A stretch of DNA of 64,000 bases from Octopus sinensis (Eukaryota): assembly GCF_006345805.1 (NCBI RefSeq), contig NC_043011.1, positions 28,532,464 to 28,596,463 on the forward strand, in the 5' to 3' direction. The stretch's first letter is position 1, and every line of letters starts with the position of its first letter. Shown one piece after another: positions 35,780 to 49,176 of this stretch. Under the pieces are notes generated by a model. It ran no database searches and had not been told where the DNA came from. It saw nothing but the letters and a program-made list of their open reading frames with translations. The translations under genes were made by a program, and so were the position numbers.

Positions 35780-36150
35780 GTTCATCATCGTGATCATCGT
35801 CGTCATCGTCATCATTATCATCATCACCATTACCATCCTCATCATTATCTCGTGTTCATCATCACTATCGTCGTTGTCGTGGTCGTCATCGCCGTCGTCA
35901 TCTTCATCACTATCACCATCATCATCAACATCATTATCATCATTATCATTACCATCATCATCATTATCATAATCGTCGTCGTCGTTGTCATCATTCATCA
36001 GTCATTATCATTGATAATCATTCATCATAACCATCCTCATCATCATCATCATCAAATGTTCATCATCACTATCGTCGTCGTCATCTTTTATCACTATCAC
36101 CACCACCATCATGATCATGATCATCATCATCATCATCATCATCATTGTCA
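35780..36150. repeat. Degenerate (CAT)n tract
   Basis: Direct reading. Confidence 0.9.
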
Positions 36151-36549
36151 TCAAGTAAATCAGTCGTCATTTTTAGCGCATTGCCAAGTGAAAATCTTCC
36201 TCTTTTCGACCCATTTACAAGAGTCAATGAAACAACCTCATAAGAGTGCCACGCATGTAAAGTCTTTGTAAACATTTTCCTACACGTTCTATACCAACGA
36301 TGGCGTCTTTTCGGAAGTTTGCACTCTTCTATACTTATTCTAGGCTAGTGAAGAATTTAGTGAATGAATTTGGTAATTGCGTGCTGCAATGTTCCATCTT
36401 CCAATATGTGTGTCGGTAAAATACATATTGATAAGACCTCTTATGAATGTGTATATATAAACAAAACAAGAATCTTTGTACACAAAATGTTTAATCACAT
36501 CATGAACATGATGCATTTTATGAACAAAAAAACTTGTACTGCTTTTCTG

Positions 36550-36588
<39 letters not shown>

Positions 36589-37110
36589 CATTTTACTTTA
36601 TATATATGTGTGTATGTATGTATGTAAAATTGAGTTGGTTTAAACCCCAGAATGAGTCCCTTAAAATGGGAGTAATTGTAAGTATAATTTTCTTCCATAC
36701 CCGCCTACTGGAAGTACACACACTGCCACAGCCTCACAGCTTTCTATTAAATGTCAAGAGACACTGCAATATTGCCGATCAAGTGTACCGGTGAGTGTCG
36801 GAACACACGTAAATTGGATGTCGAACAAAATGTAGAAGAGAACTCCAGTAACGAAATATAGATTTTAGATTCTAAGTGAGCAGTAGGAACATTTATAGCG
36901 CAGAGCTCACACTCTCTCATCTTATTTTCACATCCACTTACTTTGTACTAATACAGCGACGTGAATACGTTGGAACGTTTTGTTAAGTAGAGAAGATCAA
37001 GTTTAATATATCGTTGGTAAGATATTCTAAGTTAGAACTCAGCTCCAACTGTCCACCAATGACGATATCCAGCCTAAGCACCGTTGCAATGCCAAGATGA
37101 GAAAATAACG

Positions 37111-37785
37111 AGGCGGCCAGCTGGCAGAATCGTTAGCACGCCGGGCGAAATGCTTGGCAGCATTTCGTCTGCCGCTACGTTCTGAGTTCAAATTCCGCCG
37201 AGGTCAATTTTGTCTTTCCTTTCGGGGTCGATTCAATAAGTACCAGTTACGCACTGGGGTCGATATAATCGACTTAATCCGTTTGTCTGTTCTTGTTTGT
37301 CCTATCTGTGTTTACCCCCTTGTGGGTAGTAAAGAAACAAGTATTTCGTCTGCCTTTACGTTCTGAGTTCAAATTCTGCCGGGTTCGACTTTGCCTTTCA
37401 TCCTTTCGGGGTCGATTAAATAAGTACCTATTTCTTTATTACCCACAAGGGGCTAAACACAGAGGGGACAAACAAGGACAGACATAGGTATTAAGTCGAT
37501 TACATCGACTCCAGTGCGTAACTGGTACTTAATTTATCAACCCCGAAAGGATGAAAGACAAAGTCGACCTCGGCGGAATTTGAACTCACAACGTAACGCA
37601 GACGAAATACCGCTAAGCATTTCGCCCGGCGTGCTAACGTTTCTGCCAGCTCACCGCCTTATTAAATAAGTACCGATTAAATAAGTACCAGTTACACACT
37701 GGGGTCGATGTAATCGACTTAATCCTTTTGTCTGTCCTTGTTTGTCCCCTCTACGTTTAGCCCCTTGTGGGCAATAAGGAAATAA
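37111..37785. mobile_element. Nested SINE-A complex: + unit, + unit from 37341, and a full - copy (37429-37660) inserted with a 14-bp TSD
   Basis: ATTAAATAAGTACC at 37415-37428 and 37661-37674 (and again at 37676-37689). Confidence 0.85.
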
Positions 37786-38392
37786 GATGAGAAAATAACC
37801 TATGTTGAGTGAAACTTTTATCAAGTCTTTCTGGTTTTGTTTTGGGATGTATTGCAAGAAGGCTGTTCACATATTGATGCTTCCAATTTAGAGTTGGTTA
37901 AGGAAATGTGAAAATATTTATCATCTGCAATAGATCCGCCTGTAATTAGCAATAACAACAGAAAAGAAATAGATGGAATTCATAAGAAGTACGTTTGCTA
38001 GGACATTTTTTATACTAGATACGATCGAAGGCCTTGATAATAGCAAAATTTCCCAAAGGCCTGAGTCCCTAGTGTGTGATGTTATAGAACACGTAATCAA
38101 ATTGATCTGGTTCTGCGAGTACCATGCAAAGAAATATTGGAATGAGAGAAAGAGATAAAGTGACGAAGGAAGTGTTTGGTAACAACTGTTTTTATATTCT
38201 TTGATATGTTGGAAGGAAATGTGATATCACAATATGATACCGACAGAGAGACCGACAGACAAACTGATTTACATTGAGAGAAAGTATTTCGATTCAGAAA
38301 GACGGGAAGATGGATGGTTGCATGCATCAATGAATGCATGGACGCATAGATAACTAGCGAGACAGGCAGATAGGCAGATAGATAGATAGATG

Positions 38393-38487
<95 letters not shown>

Positions 38488-38492
38488 TGATT

Positions 38493-38579
<87 letters not shown>

Positions 38580-38862
38580 GCTGAATCATTGATATAGAAA
38601 GGGATAAAGTGAGTGAGTGAGAGAGTGAGTGAGGGAGTGAGTGAATCAGTGAGTGAGTGAGTCAATCAGTCAGTGAGTGAGTGAGTCAATCAGTCAGTCA
38701 GCGAGATGGAGAAAGCATAGTTAAATTTCAGATAAAAATATTTGATTTCAGAAAGACGCGTTTTAGAAAGCTGAGATAGAACGAAATTTTCCCATTACGT
38801 GTGTGTGTGTGTGTGAAATATGTCTGCTTGAATATGTTTATATATATGCGTGTATATATATA

Positions 38863-38924
<62 letters not shown>

Positions 38925-39379
38925 TACACATATATATACAAAGATACAGAGAGAGAGAGAGAGAGAGTGAAAGAGAGAAAGAAAGTGAGAGGGAGAAAAA
39001 GACAAAGACATGGGGAGAGACAAATTTGTTTTAAGACTTACACCGAAGTAATTGTAATTTAAATGGATTACTATGGGGTTAGTGAAGGGATTATCAACGC
39101 TAAGCTTACACGATGTCTTCTTGATATCAGAATATCTATATAAAAGTTCTACAATATATTTTGAGTACTCTTTATCTTCTTTATTCTTACTGCTCTTTGT
39201 ACCTTGATATAATATACACGTACACTTAATCATACACATGCATACATATATACATACATGCTCACATACATGCATACATACATACACACACACACAAGTA
39301 AAATGTATATATTGATAAAAATGGTAAGACAACAAAAGAAAGAAAGATACTTCGATATTATGTAAATAGAGGAACGTAT

Positions 39380-39969
39380 CTGTAAATGTAATATGTGACA
39401 ATTATTCGTTAGCCATGATAAAACTCCGAGTTTCGGATGCCGAGGTGGAAATCCACGCTGCCATCTTTTCAGTTATCCGGCCATCGAAAAAATGCCTTTT
39501 TTCTGTATTGTTACCCTTAGCCCTGTGTTTTCTTGTGCTTGTGCGTATATAGATGTGTGTATGAACCTTTATGGTGCGCGTGTGTGTGTGGGGGGGTTGT
39601 ATGTATGTACATATACATTTGGCGAATGTTGAGAGTGAGGATGTGTACGTTTTCAAGTGAGGGTGGATGAATGTGTACTTTTAGGCGCACGCACGTGGGT
39701 GTGCGGGTGCGCATGTGTAGGTATGAACAGACGCGCTTACGCGAATACTATGAATTTTGTTTACCCTTACTTTTACTCCCTTCCCTTACTTAGCGGTCAT
39801 TCAAATAGCTCTTTTGTCTTAATAACGGTCAATCACACAGTAATTTCCCTTTGTATAACGGTCATTCTTCATAGCAATTTTTCCGATGGCGGCGTGTATT
39901 TCCACCTCGGCATCCGAAACTCGGATTTTATCATGGCTAACGAATAATTGTCACATATTAAATTTACAG
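39380..39969. mobile_element. Inverted pair of pLTR-like ends (39380-39480 and 39885-39969)
   Basis: Reverse-complement arms around a microsatellite-containing spacer; same family as 60993-61090. Confidence 0.7.
39417..39477 (-). ncRNA. Hammerhead motif, G8A core variant
   Basis: GATAA-CTGAAAA-GATG-gcagcGTGGAtttCCACctcgg-CATC-C-GAAA-CTC-g-GAG-T-T-TTATC. Confidence 0.55.
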
Positions 39970-39974
39970 TAAAA

Positions 39975-40006
<32 letters not shown>

Positions 40007-40550
40007 CGAGCAAAAGCCCCCCCCCCCGCGTCCAATGGACGGTGCTGAATCATATCTGCTGAATAAAAAGCAATCAGTGTTTTCTTTTCATTAAAAAATA
40101 ATTAAGCATGCCTTTATTTCAATAAGATTTTTGGTTTTGTTAAACGAAGTTAAGGCAACAAAAAACTTCTTGAGAAACCAAATAGTCTTTCCTTCTTTCA
40201 TGCCAAGTTTAAAGAAAATATCTCTTTGGCATCTTACATTTTTGGTCTCTTAAATATACTGCATTTTGTGGCATTATTTCAAGCCAGCCGGCTTTTTTTG
40301 CGCAAACTGCACGTGCATTTTTCTTGCGTACGCGTAGTATCGATCGCAACAGCTGATGTGCTTGCGCGTATAAATGCACGTTCTCGTGGCTTTATCGATC
40401 ACATTCTCACCTGGAATCGAGTTTTGTAATTTTTTCAAGACTTATACACGCCCTGATACCGTCGATATCTACATATCAAATTTGAGCGCAATCGGCTGGA
40501 GGATGCCCGAGATCCTAGAAGACACACACACAGGCAGACAGAACGGATTT

Positions 40551-40574
<24 letters not shown>

Positions 40575-40581
<7 letters not shown>

Positions 40582-41018
40582 AATATTTAAGTAGGTGAAT
40601 GAATTATCCTATGTTTATCGTCAGCATGGAAAATTCGTTTAACCGAAACCTGGGTAGCAAATTCACATCAGAAACACGTGCATTATGCAATCTTCTCATC
40701 AGGAAAGAAAGGGAGCCTCTCTCGACAACAAGACAAACGAAAATTTCGATGATTGCCTGAAGATTGCATAATGCACCCTTTATTCCTTTGGAATGAAAAC
40801 ATGCTGTCTTTGAAACATATGTCGAGAGTAAAGGAACTTTGTTAACATCTTCGTTCGACTCCATTCTTTCATTTATTCATATACAACACACAAATTTCTG
40901 CACATGAACCCTTGACAGGTCGCTTCAACCGTGTTTCTGACGTGAATTTGCTACCCAGGTTTCGGTTAAACGAATTTTCCAAGCCGACGATAAACATAGG
41001 ATAATCCATTCACCTACT

Positions 41019-41020
<2 letters not shown>
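40575..41020. mobile_element. PLE pLTR-like fold-back in (TA)n with a damaged hammerhead at 40753-40827 (+)
   Basis: 40575-40668 is the reverse complement of 40930-41020; core CTGA[del]AGATTGCAT...ATGCTGTCTTT-GAAA-CATATG-TC-GAGA. Confidence 0.7.
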
Positions 41021-41070
<50 letters not shown>

Positions 41071-41311
41071 AGAAAAAGCAGAACAAGTTTTTTCTTTATA
41101 AAATGCATCATCTCTTTTACTCTCTCTTTTACTTATTTCAATCATTTGACTGCGGCCATGCTGGAGCATGGTGGTGCGCCAGCATGGCCACAGTCAAATG
41201 ACTTAAACAAGTAAAAAAGTAAAACAGTAATCCACTTAACGAGGAAAACAAATTCAGAAATATAAATCCCTAATGTTGATTTGAATGCACTAGTTACTAC
41301 TACTACTACTA

Positions 41312-41348
<37 letters not shown>

Positions 41349-41359
41349 GCTAATACTAA

Positions 41360-41398
<39 letters not shown>

Positions 41399-41431
41399 CA
41401 TTACTACTATTACTGCTACTTCTACTACTGG

Positions 41432-41735
41432 CACTCCGTAGATTACGACGCCGAGTGTTCCACTTGATCCTGTCAACGCAACAGCCTGCTTGTGAAATTA
41501 ATGTGCATGTGGCTGAGCACTCCACAGACGCGCATACCCTTAACATAGTTCCCAAGGAGATTCAGAATGTGACAAGGCTGATCGTTTAAAATACAGGAGC
41601 TAAATACTTTTGCCAGCTAGGTGGACTGGAGCAACTTGAAATAAAGTGCCTTGCTCAAAAGTCAACGCGCCGCTGGGAATCGAACTCGTGACCTTGCGAA
41701 CATGAGTCGTATCCACCCCAAACACTGAACCGATA
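41432..41735 (-). mobile_element. Diverged SINE-C copy
   Basis: GTGAAATTAATGTGCATGTGGCTGAGCACTCCACAGAC...GTGCCTTGCTCAAAAG...GGAATCGAACTC. Confidence 0.75.
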
Positions 41736-41968
41736 CTTTCACTATTCAAAAAGAGATTGATCACATATCTATGGAATTCTACAATCTCCTCCGATATATA
41801 TCCCAAATGAATGCATCAATACACAAGGTCGTCAAACAATTAGATTACATTATTAAGCAATGCACCAAGAAGGGATAAGATATACTTTTATCTAAAGAGC
41901 TGTTTGAGACACTAGAAAAAAACATAGTAAATAACATTGTCACCTAAGACGTAGGAAGTATGTTTATA

Positions 41969-42380
41969 GGCGCCGGAGTGGCTGTGTGGTAAGTAGCTTG
42001 CTTACCAACCACATGGTTTCGGGTTCAGTCCCACTGCGTGGCACCTTGGGCAAGTGTCTTGTACTATAGCCTCGGGCCGACCAAAGCCTTGTGAGCAGAT
42101 TTGGTAAACGGAAACTGAAAGAAGCCCGTCGTATATATGTATATATATATATATATATACATATATATATGTATGTGTGTGTGTGTATGTGTCTGTGTTT
42201 GCCAACCCCCCCCCCGCCCAACATCGCTTGACAATCGATTCTGGTGTGTTTGTGTCCTCATAACTTAGCGGTTCGGGAAAAGAAACCGATAGAATAAGTA
42301 CTAGGCTTACAAAGAATAAGCTCCAGCATGGCCGCAGTCAAATGACCGAAACAAGTAAAAGAGTAAAGAGTAAAGAGTAT
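41969..42380 (+). mobile_element. Full-length SINE-B
   Basis: GGAGTGGCTGTGTGGTAAG (A-box-like), GGGTTCAGTCCC (B-box-like), internal microsatellite and (AAGAGT)n tail. Confidence 0.9.
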
Positions 42381-43089
42381 GTAAGTTCCAGCGCCTGGAG
42401 AATGAATCTATCCACGGTATCAACTAAAGTACGGAAGCTAATATACTGCAGACATTATTAATATGCCATTTCACTGTCAAGCGAAGTAAATTATGAAAAT
42501 GAAAAGATAGAGTAGCCATGGGTATTTCAATAAGATTCTCGTTTGCAGTTTTCTATCTAGCTGCAATAGAACATATATAGGTACGTGACAAAAACATGAC
42601 AAATACCAGTTATTGGAAAACATGCACTTCGTAGTCAACGCATCGGGAGTAGTTATGAAATTACAGGGAGTTCTAGCAAACAACTCCGTACTGTAATTCA
42701 TAATGTAGACTACACATACAACTTCTACGTAGACAATGAACTGAACTGTTTATAGGCAATCATTCAGGAAGAAAATGATAGATATATATCACGCGAATTT
42801 ACACGAAAAACCTAAATTTATGCATATACATACGGCTGATTGCGAACGTTCACACATAAGCAAAATATTATTGGTCCAATCCGAGTTAGAAGAGCATTTC
42901 GCTTCTCTACAAACCAACGCTTAAATTTTTTTTTAAAACACAAAGAATTTAAACAAATTTTAACCAACAACGAAATAAATCATAGAACAATAATTATAAA
43001 AATGCCGAAACAAATACATCAGACGCCATATTTATTAAAAATACACATAACAGACATAAAGCATATTTTATGAATTATATACATGTGTA

Positions 43090-43135
<46 letters not shown>

Positions 43136-43181
43136 ATATATACATACACATAAATATACATGTGTGTTTGTGTGTGTGTGT

Positions 43182-43237
<56 letters not shown>

Positions 43238-43974
43238 CCACACACACACTCATACATGCACAAATTATGTAATTGATGAAGACATCAAAACCGTCAGAAA
43301 AGTGAACATAGAATGCATTATGCCAAGCCATAAAATTTACTACAAACACGCCGAAATTAAAAAGTTTTTAACTATAAACCCCAAAGGGCATAAACTTGCA
43401 ATGAAATTAGTAATAACCAATGTGATTTGTATAGCCAATGGCAAATGTAAAAGTTTTACATTCAACGACTTCAACCGAATGTATCATATTTAGCCATATA
43501 GGTATAACACCACCACCACCCCCGTTGCCACACTATGCACTTACAATAAAAAAAATTGGTAAGCAGTACATCACAAAGCAATTACAACTAGATTGAAAAA
43601 CACTTGTGGACAACAAACCTACATAGTTTAATGTAGTGGACAACATTTCTATATTCGATAGGATTCATGAAAAAAAATGCACGGTTAATGATGGAAACAG
43701 TTTTGATAACACAGCGCGAAACTGAGAGTAGAGACAGCATGACGTCTCACAAACAAAATTAAACACCTAAATGATGACCTATACATCTCAGTGTCAACAA
43801 TTTCGAATTTCAATGGTAATGAAATATTCATATCAGCAGCAGCTACTGTAAAGAGGCAGCAGAACACGACAACGCTCACTTCGTCCTGAAAGCAAGGCTA
43901 AGATTGTTTAGAAACGTCGATGGTGAATTCATACAGACACGCATACCCACGAGTATGTATATATATATATATAT

Positions 43975-44120
43975 ATAACGGACTTCTGTTTACCAAATCT
44001 ACTCATAAGGCTTTAAGTCAGCCCAGTGTTGTAGTGTTCCACACTTGCCCAAGGTGCCGCACGGTAGGACTGAACCTGTGGTCACATACATGGGAGGCAA
44101 GCTTCTTAACCACGCAGATA
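43975..44120 (-). mobile_element. Diverged SINE-B 5' half
   Basis: ACCAAATCTACTCATAAGGC...ACACTTGCCCAAGGTGCC. Confidence 0.65.
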
Positions 44121-45299
44121 TACCTCTGCGAAAACTTGTACATGAAGTCATGAATTTTTTAAAAGAATAAATGGATGGATTAATAGGCAAGCAAAAGTAC
44201 ATATATAAATATAAGAACTGGAAGAAAAAAACATATACAAGAAAAAGTAACATTATCTGGCATAAATGAAAGGAAATGCGGTTTAAAATTAATTATTTAA
44301 ACCCCTTTAACTTGAAAGAAAATGCGTGGTTGTGTGGAAAATAACTAAGCCGCGAAAGGGAAATAATAACGAAATTTAAAAATAGTAAGACCAACAATAT
44401 AAAATCTTTAATTTAGGAAGAGTGAATGATGATAAATGATAATTGTTTCATCGCATGGGAATAAATATTTTTAATCAAGTGTTATAAGAGAATTATTATA
44501 ATCATGTATTACAAGAAGTGTTTCTGCAAGAACTTAAAAGTTTGTTGCTTCTGTTTAATACATGTGATTGATGAAAGCGAATGAAAACTGGAAGTTGAAC
44601 ACCGATTACTACAGCAGTGTGAACGGTAGAGCCTGATTTAAACGAAATACTATACTGAATTTTAAGTGCAGTGAGAATGAATTCTTTCATAAACCAAATA
44701 TACTTTGATATACGTGTCAAAATTTGTTTACGCTACATGCTTACAAAACGCATCTTACACTTGTAAAACCATGTCTTGAAGTCATTTTCCATTAAGCAAA
44801 TGTAATATTTAAATACAATGCTATACAGTTTTCGAGAGTTAATTACCATTTAGGAGGTATTTATTTGAATCAATGCAATTGCAAGCAGATAGGGAGAAAT
44901 AATAGTATTGATATTAGGGACCTTATTTTTGCATAGAAACAGTTCGCTGGATAATAAAAATATTAACTGAAACAATAGTTAACTTTAACTGATTTTTTTT
45001 CTTAACATTCCGAAAATAAAAAGAAATTATTATTAGAAATATTTGGCAATATTCCTACCTGCACTTAAAATAATGGACTATGGCCAAGAACGTTTTTTTA
45101 ACAGCGTGTGAGTTAATAAATTAAATTATACTTTAACAAAAACACTATTGCGAAGATTCTCAATATAAAACTGAGATGTCATAATAAACGTACCTTCTTG
45201 ATGGGATAATGAAAACATATTTACTGTCATTCTTTCAATTTTTGGCACAGGGCCAGCGATTTTGAGGGTGCAGGAATCGATTCGGCCGATCCCAATTTT

Positions 45300-45815
45300 C
45301 AGCTCTCTTTACTCTTTTACTCTTTTACTCTTTTACTTGTTTCAGTCATTTCACTGCGGCCACGCTGGAGCACCGCCTTTAGTCGAGCAACTCGACCCCG
45401 GGACTTATTCTTTTTGTAAGCCCAGTACTTATTCTATCGGTCTCTTTTTGCCGAACCGCTACGCGACGGGGACGTAAACACACCAGCATCGATTGTCAAG
45501 CAATGCTAGGTGAACAAACACAGACGCACAAACGCACACACATACATATATATATACATATATACGACAGGCTTCTTTCAGTTTCCGTCTACCAAATCCA
45601 CTCACAAGTCATTGGTCGGCCCGGGGCTATAGCAGAAGACACTTGCCCAAGATGCCACGCAGTGGGACTGAACCCGGAACCATTTATTTTATCGATTCCG
45701 AAAGGATGAACGACACTGTCGACCTCGACAACATTTCATCCCAGGACTTAAAGAACCGGAAGAAATACTACTAGGAATTTTGTCCAGCACGTTAAGGATT
45801 CGACTAGCTCGCTGT
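45300..45815 (-). mobile_element. SINE-B (45300-45680, 5'-truncated) fused to a SINE-A remnant (45685-45815)
   Basis: Family motifs as above. Confidence 0.75.
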
Positions 45816-45958
45816 CGGGCGGTTGGTTGGCATTCTAATTAATATGGAATAATCATACATACATGTATACGCAAATACATAAACGCATACATACATAAAT
45901 AATACATACATACATACATACATACATACATACATACATACATACATACATACATACA

Positions 45959-45990
<32 letters not shown>

Positions 45991-46136
45991 AGTATATAGC
46001 AGAGGTAACAGGGTGACTCAAGGTCTGAGAGTTTCATGCGTTATCTGGCACTTATAAAAATTTGGCAAGTGCCAACTCACGAAACTCTCGGACGTTGAAT
46101 CACTCTGTTATTTCTGCTAAATATTAATAAATATAT

Positions 46137-46505
46137 TAGGAGTGGCTGTGTCGTAAGTAACTTGCTTACCAACCACATAGCTCCAGGTTCAGTCCTACTA
46201 GGTGGCACCTTGGGCAAGTGCCTCCTTTTATAGCCTTGCGAGTGGATTTGGTACTCGAAAACTGAATGAAGTCCATCGTATATGTGTGTGTGTGTAAATA
46301 ATAACTGTTCTTTCTACAAAAATTTCAGGCAAAAGGCCTGAAATTTGGGGAGAGGGGATTAGTCGATCATATAGACCTCCTTGTTTCACTGGTACGTAAT
46401 TTATCAACCCCAAAACGATGAAAGGCAGAGTTTGAACGCAGAACATAAAGACGGACGAAATGCCGCTAAGTCTTTTGTCCGGTATGCTAACGATTCTGCC
46501 AGCTT
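46137..46505. mobile_element. SINE-B 5' half (+, 46137-46280) and SINE-A (-, 46310-46505)
   Basis: Family motifs as above. Confidence 0.75.
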
Positions 46506-47286
46506 AATGTATATATAAATATGATAAGCAAATATTCAGATGTAAATATATGAATATATACGTGTATATTTATATACACACGCGCATGTATGGGTGTGTT
46601 TGTGTTTCTGTGAGTGTGTGTATGCGAACACATATGCCTGAATAATATATATATATTGATTTATAAATGGGTTCACGCAAAATCGATTTTAGTTAAATAT
46701 TCAGTTATTCTTAGATTCACCAATTTAATATGTATCCAAGAATAACTAACAATAGAAACTGTTAAATTACCAACAATGAAAGACAAGTAAAATCTGTTGT
46801 CTCTATATTTTTACATTTCTATCCGTAAACATATCTATATGTGTGTGCGTGTATGAGTATGTATATGCTTGTCTTTGTAGGTTTGTGCGCATGTGTCTGT
46901 TAAATGCTGTTTCAACTACTGTTAATATCTCCTGCTATCCCTTTTGAAATATATATATATACGTTTCTCAAATCCTGAGATTTTTCTAAATCCGAAATTC
47001 AGAATCGACAAATTCAGTTTAAGGATTTGTAAATGTCCAGTTTTCAAGACATTATAATATATTGTTGCTACATGGGGAAATGCTCCGTAGTTATACTGGA
47101 AATATTTTTTTGTACAGAGCGAATTGGAGAGAATATTCTATAAGACTAAAAGAAAATTACCAAATTTTACCGTGAACGTGTACATGCACACACACGCACG
47201 CGCACACGCGCACACACAAACACACACACACATACACAGACACACGCACACACACACAGACACACACAGGCACACACATATATATA

Positions 47287-47365
47287 GTTGAAATTTACAG
47301 AAAAACAAAACACAAAGGCGAGTGTATAAACAGCAAGCAGGTGTAATAGTTTGACACCCGGAAAA
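47287..47365. mobile_element. Truncated pLTR-like end related to 50010-50210
   Basis: GAAAAACAAAA...AAACAGCAAGCAGGTGTAATAGT resembles GAAAAAAACAAAAG...AAACAAACAGATGTATTAGT; flanked by TA. Confidence 0.5.
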
Positions 47366-47588
47366 TATATATATGTTTGTATGTATGCATGTATATATCT
47401 CTTATGATAAAAGGCAGATTTTCTCTGCCTCTCACATAGTTTGTTTTTAATACAATTGTACAATATAGAATTTCTTCAATTGGAATTTACCTATGATTTT
47501 TTGAAGTAGATTCGATTGGGTCATGGCATATAAAGTTTTTTCAATTTGACCCCCAATTAAGCAAAAATTCGAGAGAACTAAATATTTT

Positions 47589-47819
47589 ACGATTTGCCTC
47601 TCTAATTTCAACTGCTTCACTCCTTCTATTACCACACTTTCTCCTACTTTCTCTTTGCAAGTGTAACGATTTGCCTCTCTAATTTCAACTGCTTCACTCC
47701 TTCTATTACCACACTTTCTCCTACTTTCTCTTTGCAAGTGTAACGATTTGCCTCTCTAATTTCAACTGCTTCACTCCTTCTATTACCACACTTTCTCCTA
47801 CTTTCTCTTTGCAAGTGTA
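47589..47819. repeat. Three identical tandem copies of a 77-bp unit
   Basis: Units start at 47589, 47666 and 47743. Confidence 0.95.
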
Positions 47820-48075
47820 CCTTCAACCACTACTCAAAAAAAATACACAGGGAACAGAAACAAATCAATACATAACGATTTACTCCTCACACAATTTCTT
47901 TAATTGGAATTTACTTATGATTTTTCGAAGAACATTCCATTCTATATTTTATAAATTAAAATTGGTTTTTAATTTACTTTCTGTCGCTAAGTTTTGGTAG
48001 CATTAATTTGCGAGCGTACTTAAGTTGTCAATTGTTGAAAGAAAGAAATTGTAAGCTAAGAAGGTGTGTGTGTGC

Positions 48076-48120
<45 letters not shown>

Positions 48121-48281
48121 TGTGTGTGTGAGTGTGTGTGTGTGTGTGTATGTAGGAAGTGAAGAATAAAAATATGGCAAGAAGTGGACAGATGTACATA
48201 TATACATACATACATCCATACATACATACACGTGTGTGTGTGTGTGTGTATGTATGTATGTGTATTAATGTGCGTGTATTA

Positions 48282-48666
48282 TCTCTCTATATATAAAGCT
48301 GAAGTTGTCTGTGTGCGCCAGGTTTGGTAACCTTGAACTAACACTATCTCCTCCGAGACCCTGCGGCGCAAGTTGACAAAAATTGAGAGTATGATAGAAG
48401 GGTTGCTCTTCCTTCCGTACAAGATAAAATTTAAATCGGACCATGTTAACACCAAAAATTATTTACATCAAAAAGGTGCCTTTTTCTATGAAAATCCATA
48501 TATTTTACGATTTTTTCACTGCTGTGTCGCCACTTTTCGGTGTATTTCAACCAGAAAAATGTTCACTTGAAGAGAATAACAAGCTACATAATGCAAAAGT
48601 TTTACTTTTCAAAAATTCCAATTCCAGCTGGTCGAAACAAACCCGAGCAACGCCGGGCGATACTGC

Positions 48667-48669
<3 letters not shown>
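48282..48669 (+). mobile_element. Non-autonomous Helitron sharing termini with 17170-17553
   Basis: 5' TCTCTCTATATATAAA and 3' ACAAACCCGAGCAACGCCGGGCGATACTGCTAC (CTAG mutated to CTAC). Confidence 0.75.
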
Positions 48670-48734
<65 letters not shown>

Positions 48735-49100
48735 GTGTGTATGTATATATATTTGCATGTGTGTGTGTGCATGTGTGCGCGCGCATTTTGTTTGTGTAAG
48801 ATTTATTTCATGTTTTCGAAATTTCTAATTTCTTTTGATTTCAATATCTTACAATTCTTGCTGGTAAAAATAAATTTCATAAAACGGACAGAGGAATTCT
48901 AAATATTGCTTCGATCCGTCTTTTTTACGCATGTATGTTCCAGTTCCAATGCAGCCTTTGATCATTACTCGCCGAAATTTTTTTATAATCTAATATTTAC
49001 ACGCTATTATTTACGCGCTATTATTTGTAGGTTTATCTGCTATGAGTCTCACTGTCTCCAAAAAGAAATATATCTAGACGTTCTAAATTATTACGATGTC

Positions 49101-49176
<76 letters not shown>

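Noticed and set aside
43270-43305. TTGATGA-A-GAC…GTC-A-GAAA hammerhead-like string
   Set aside because: No stem III, cleavage triplet or stem I could be drawn
47589-47819. CRISPR-like array
   Set aside because: Contiguous identical units with no spacers, eukaryotic context and no cas genes
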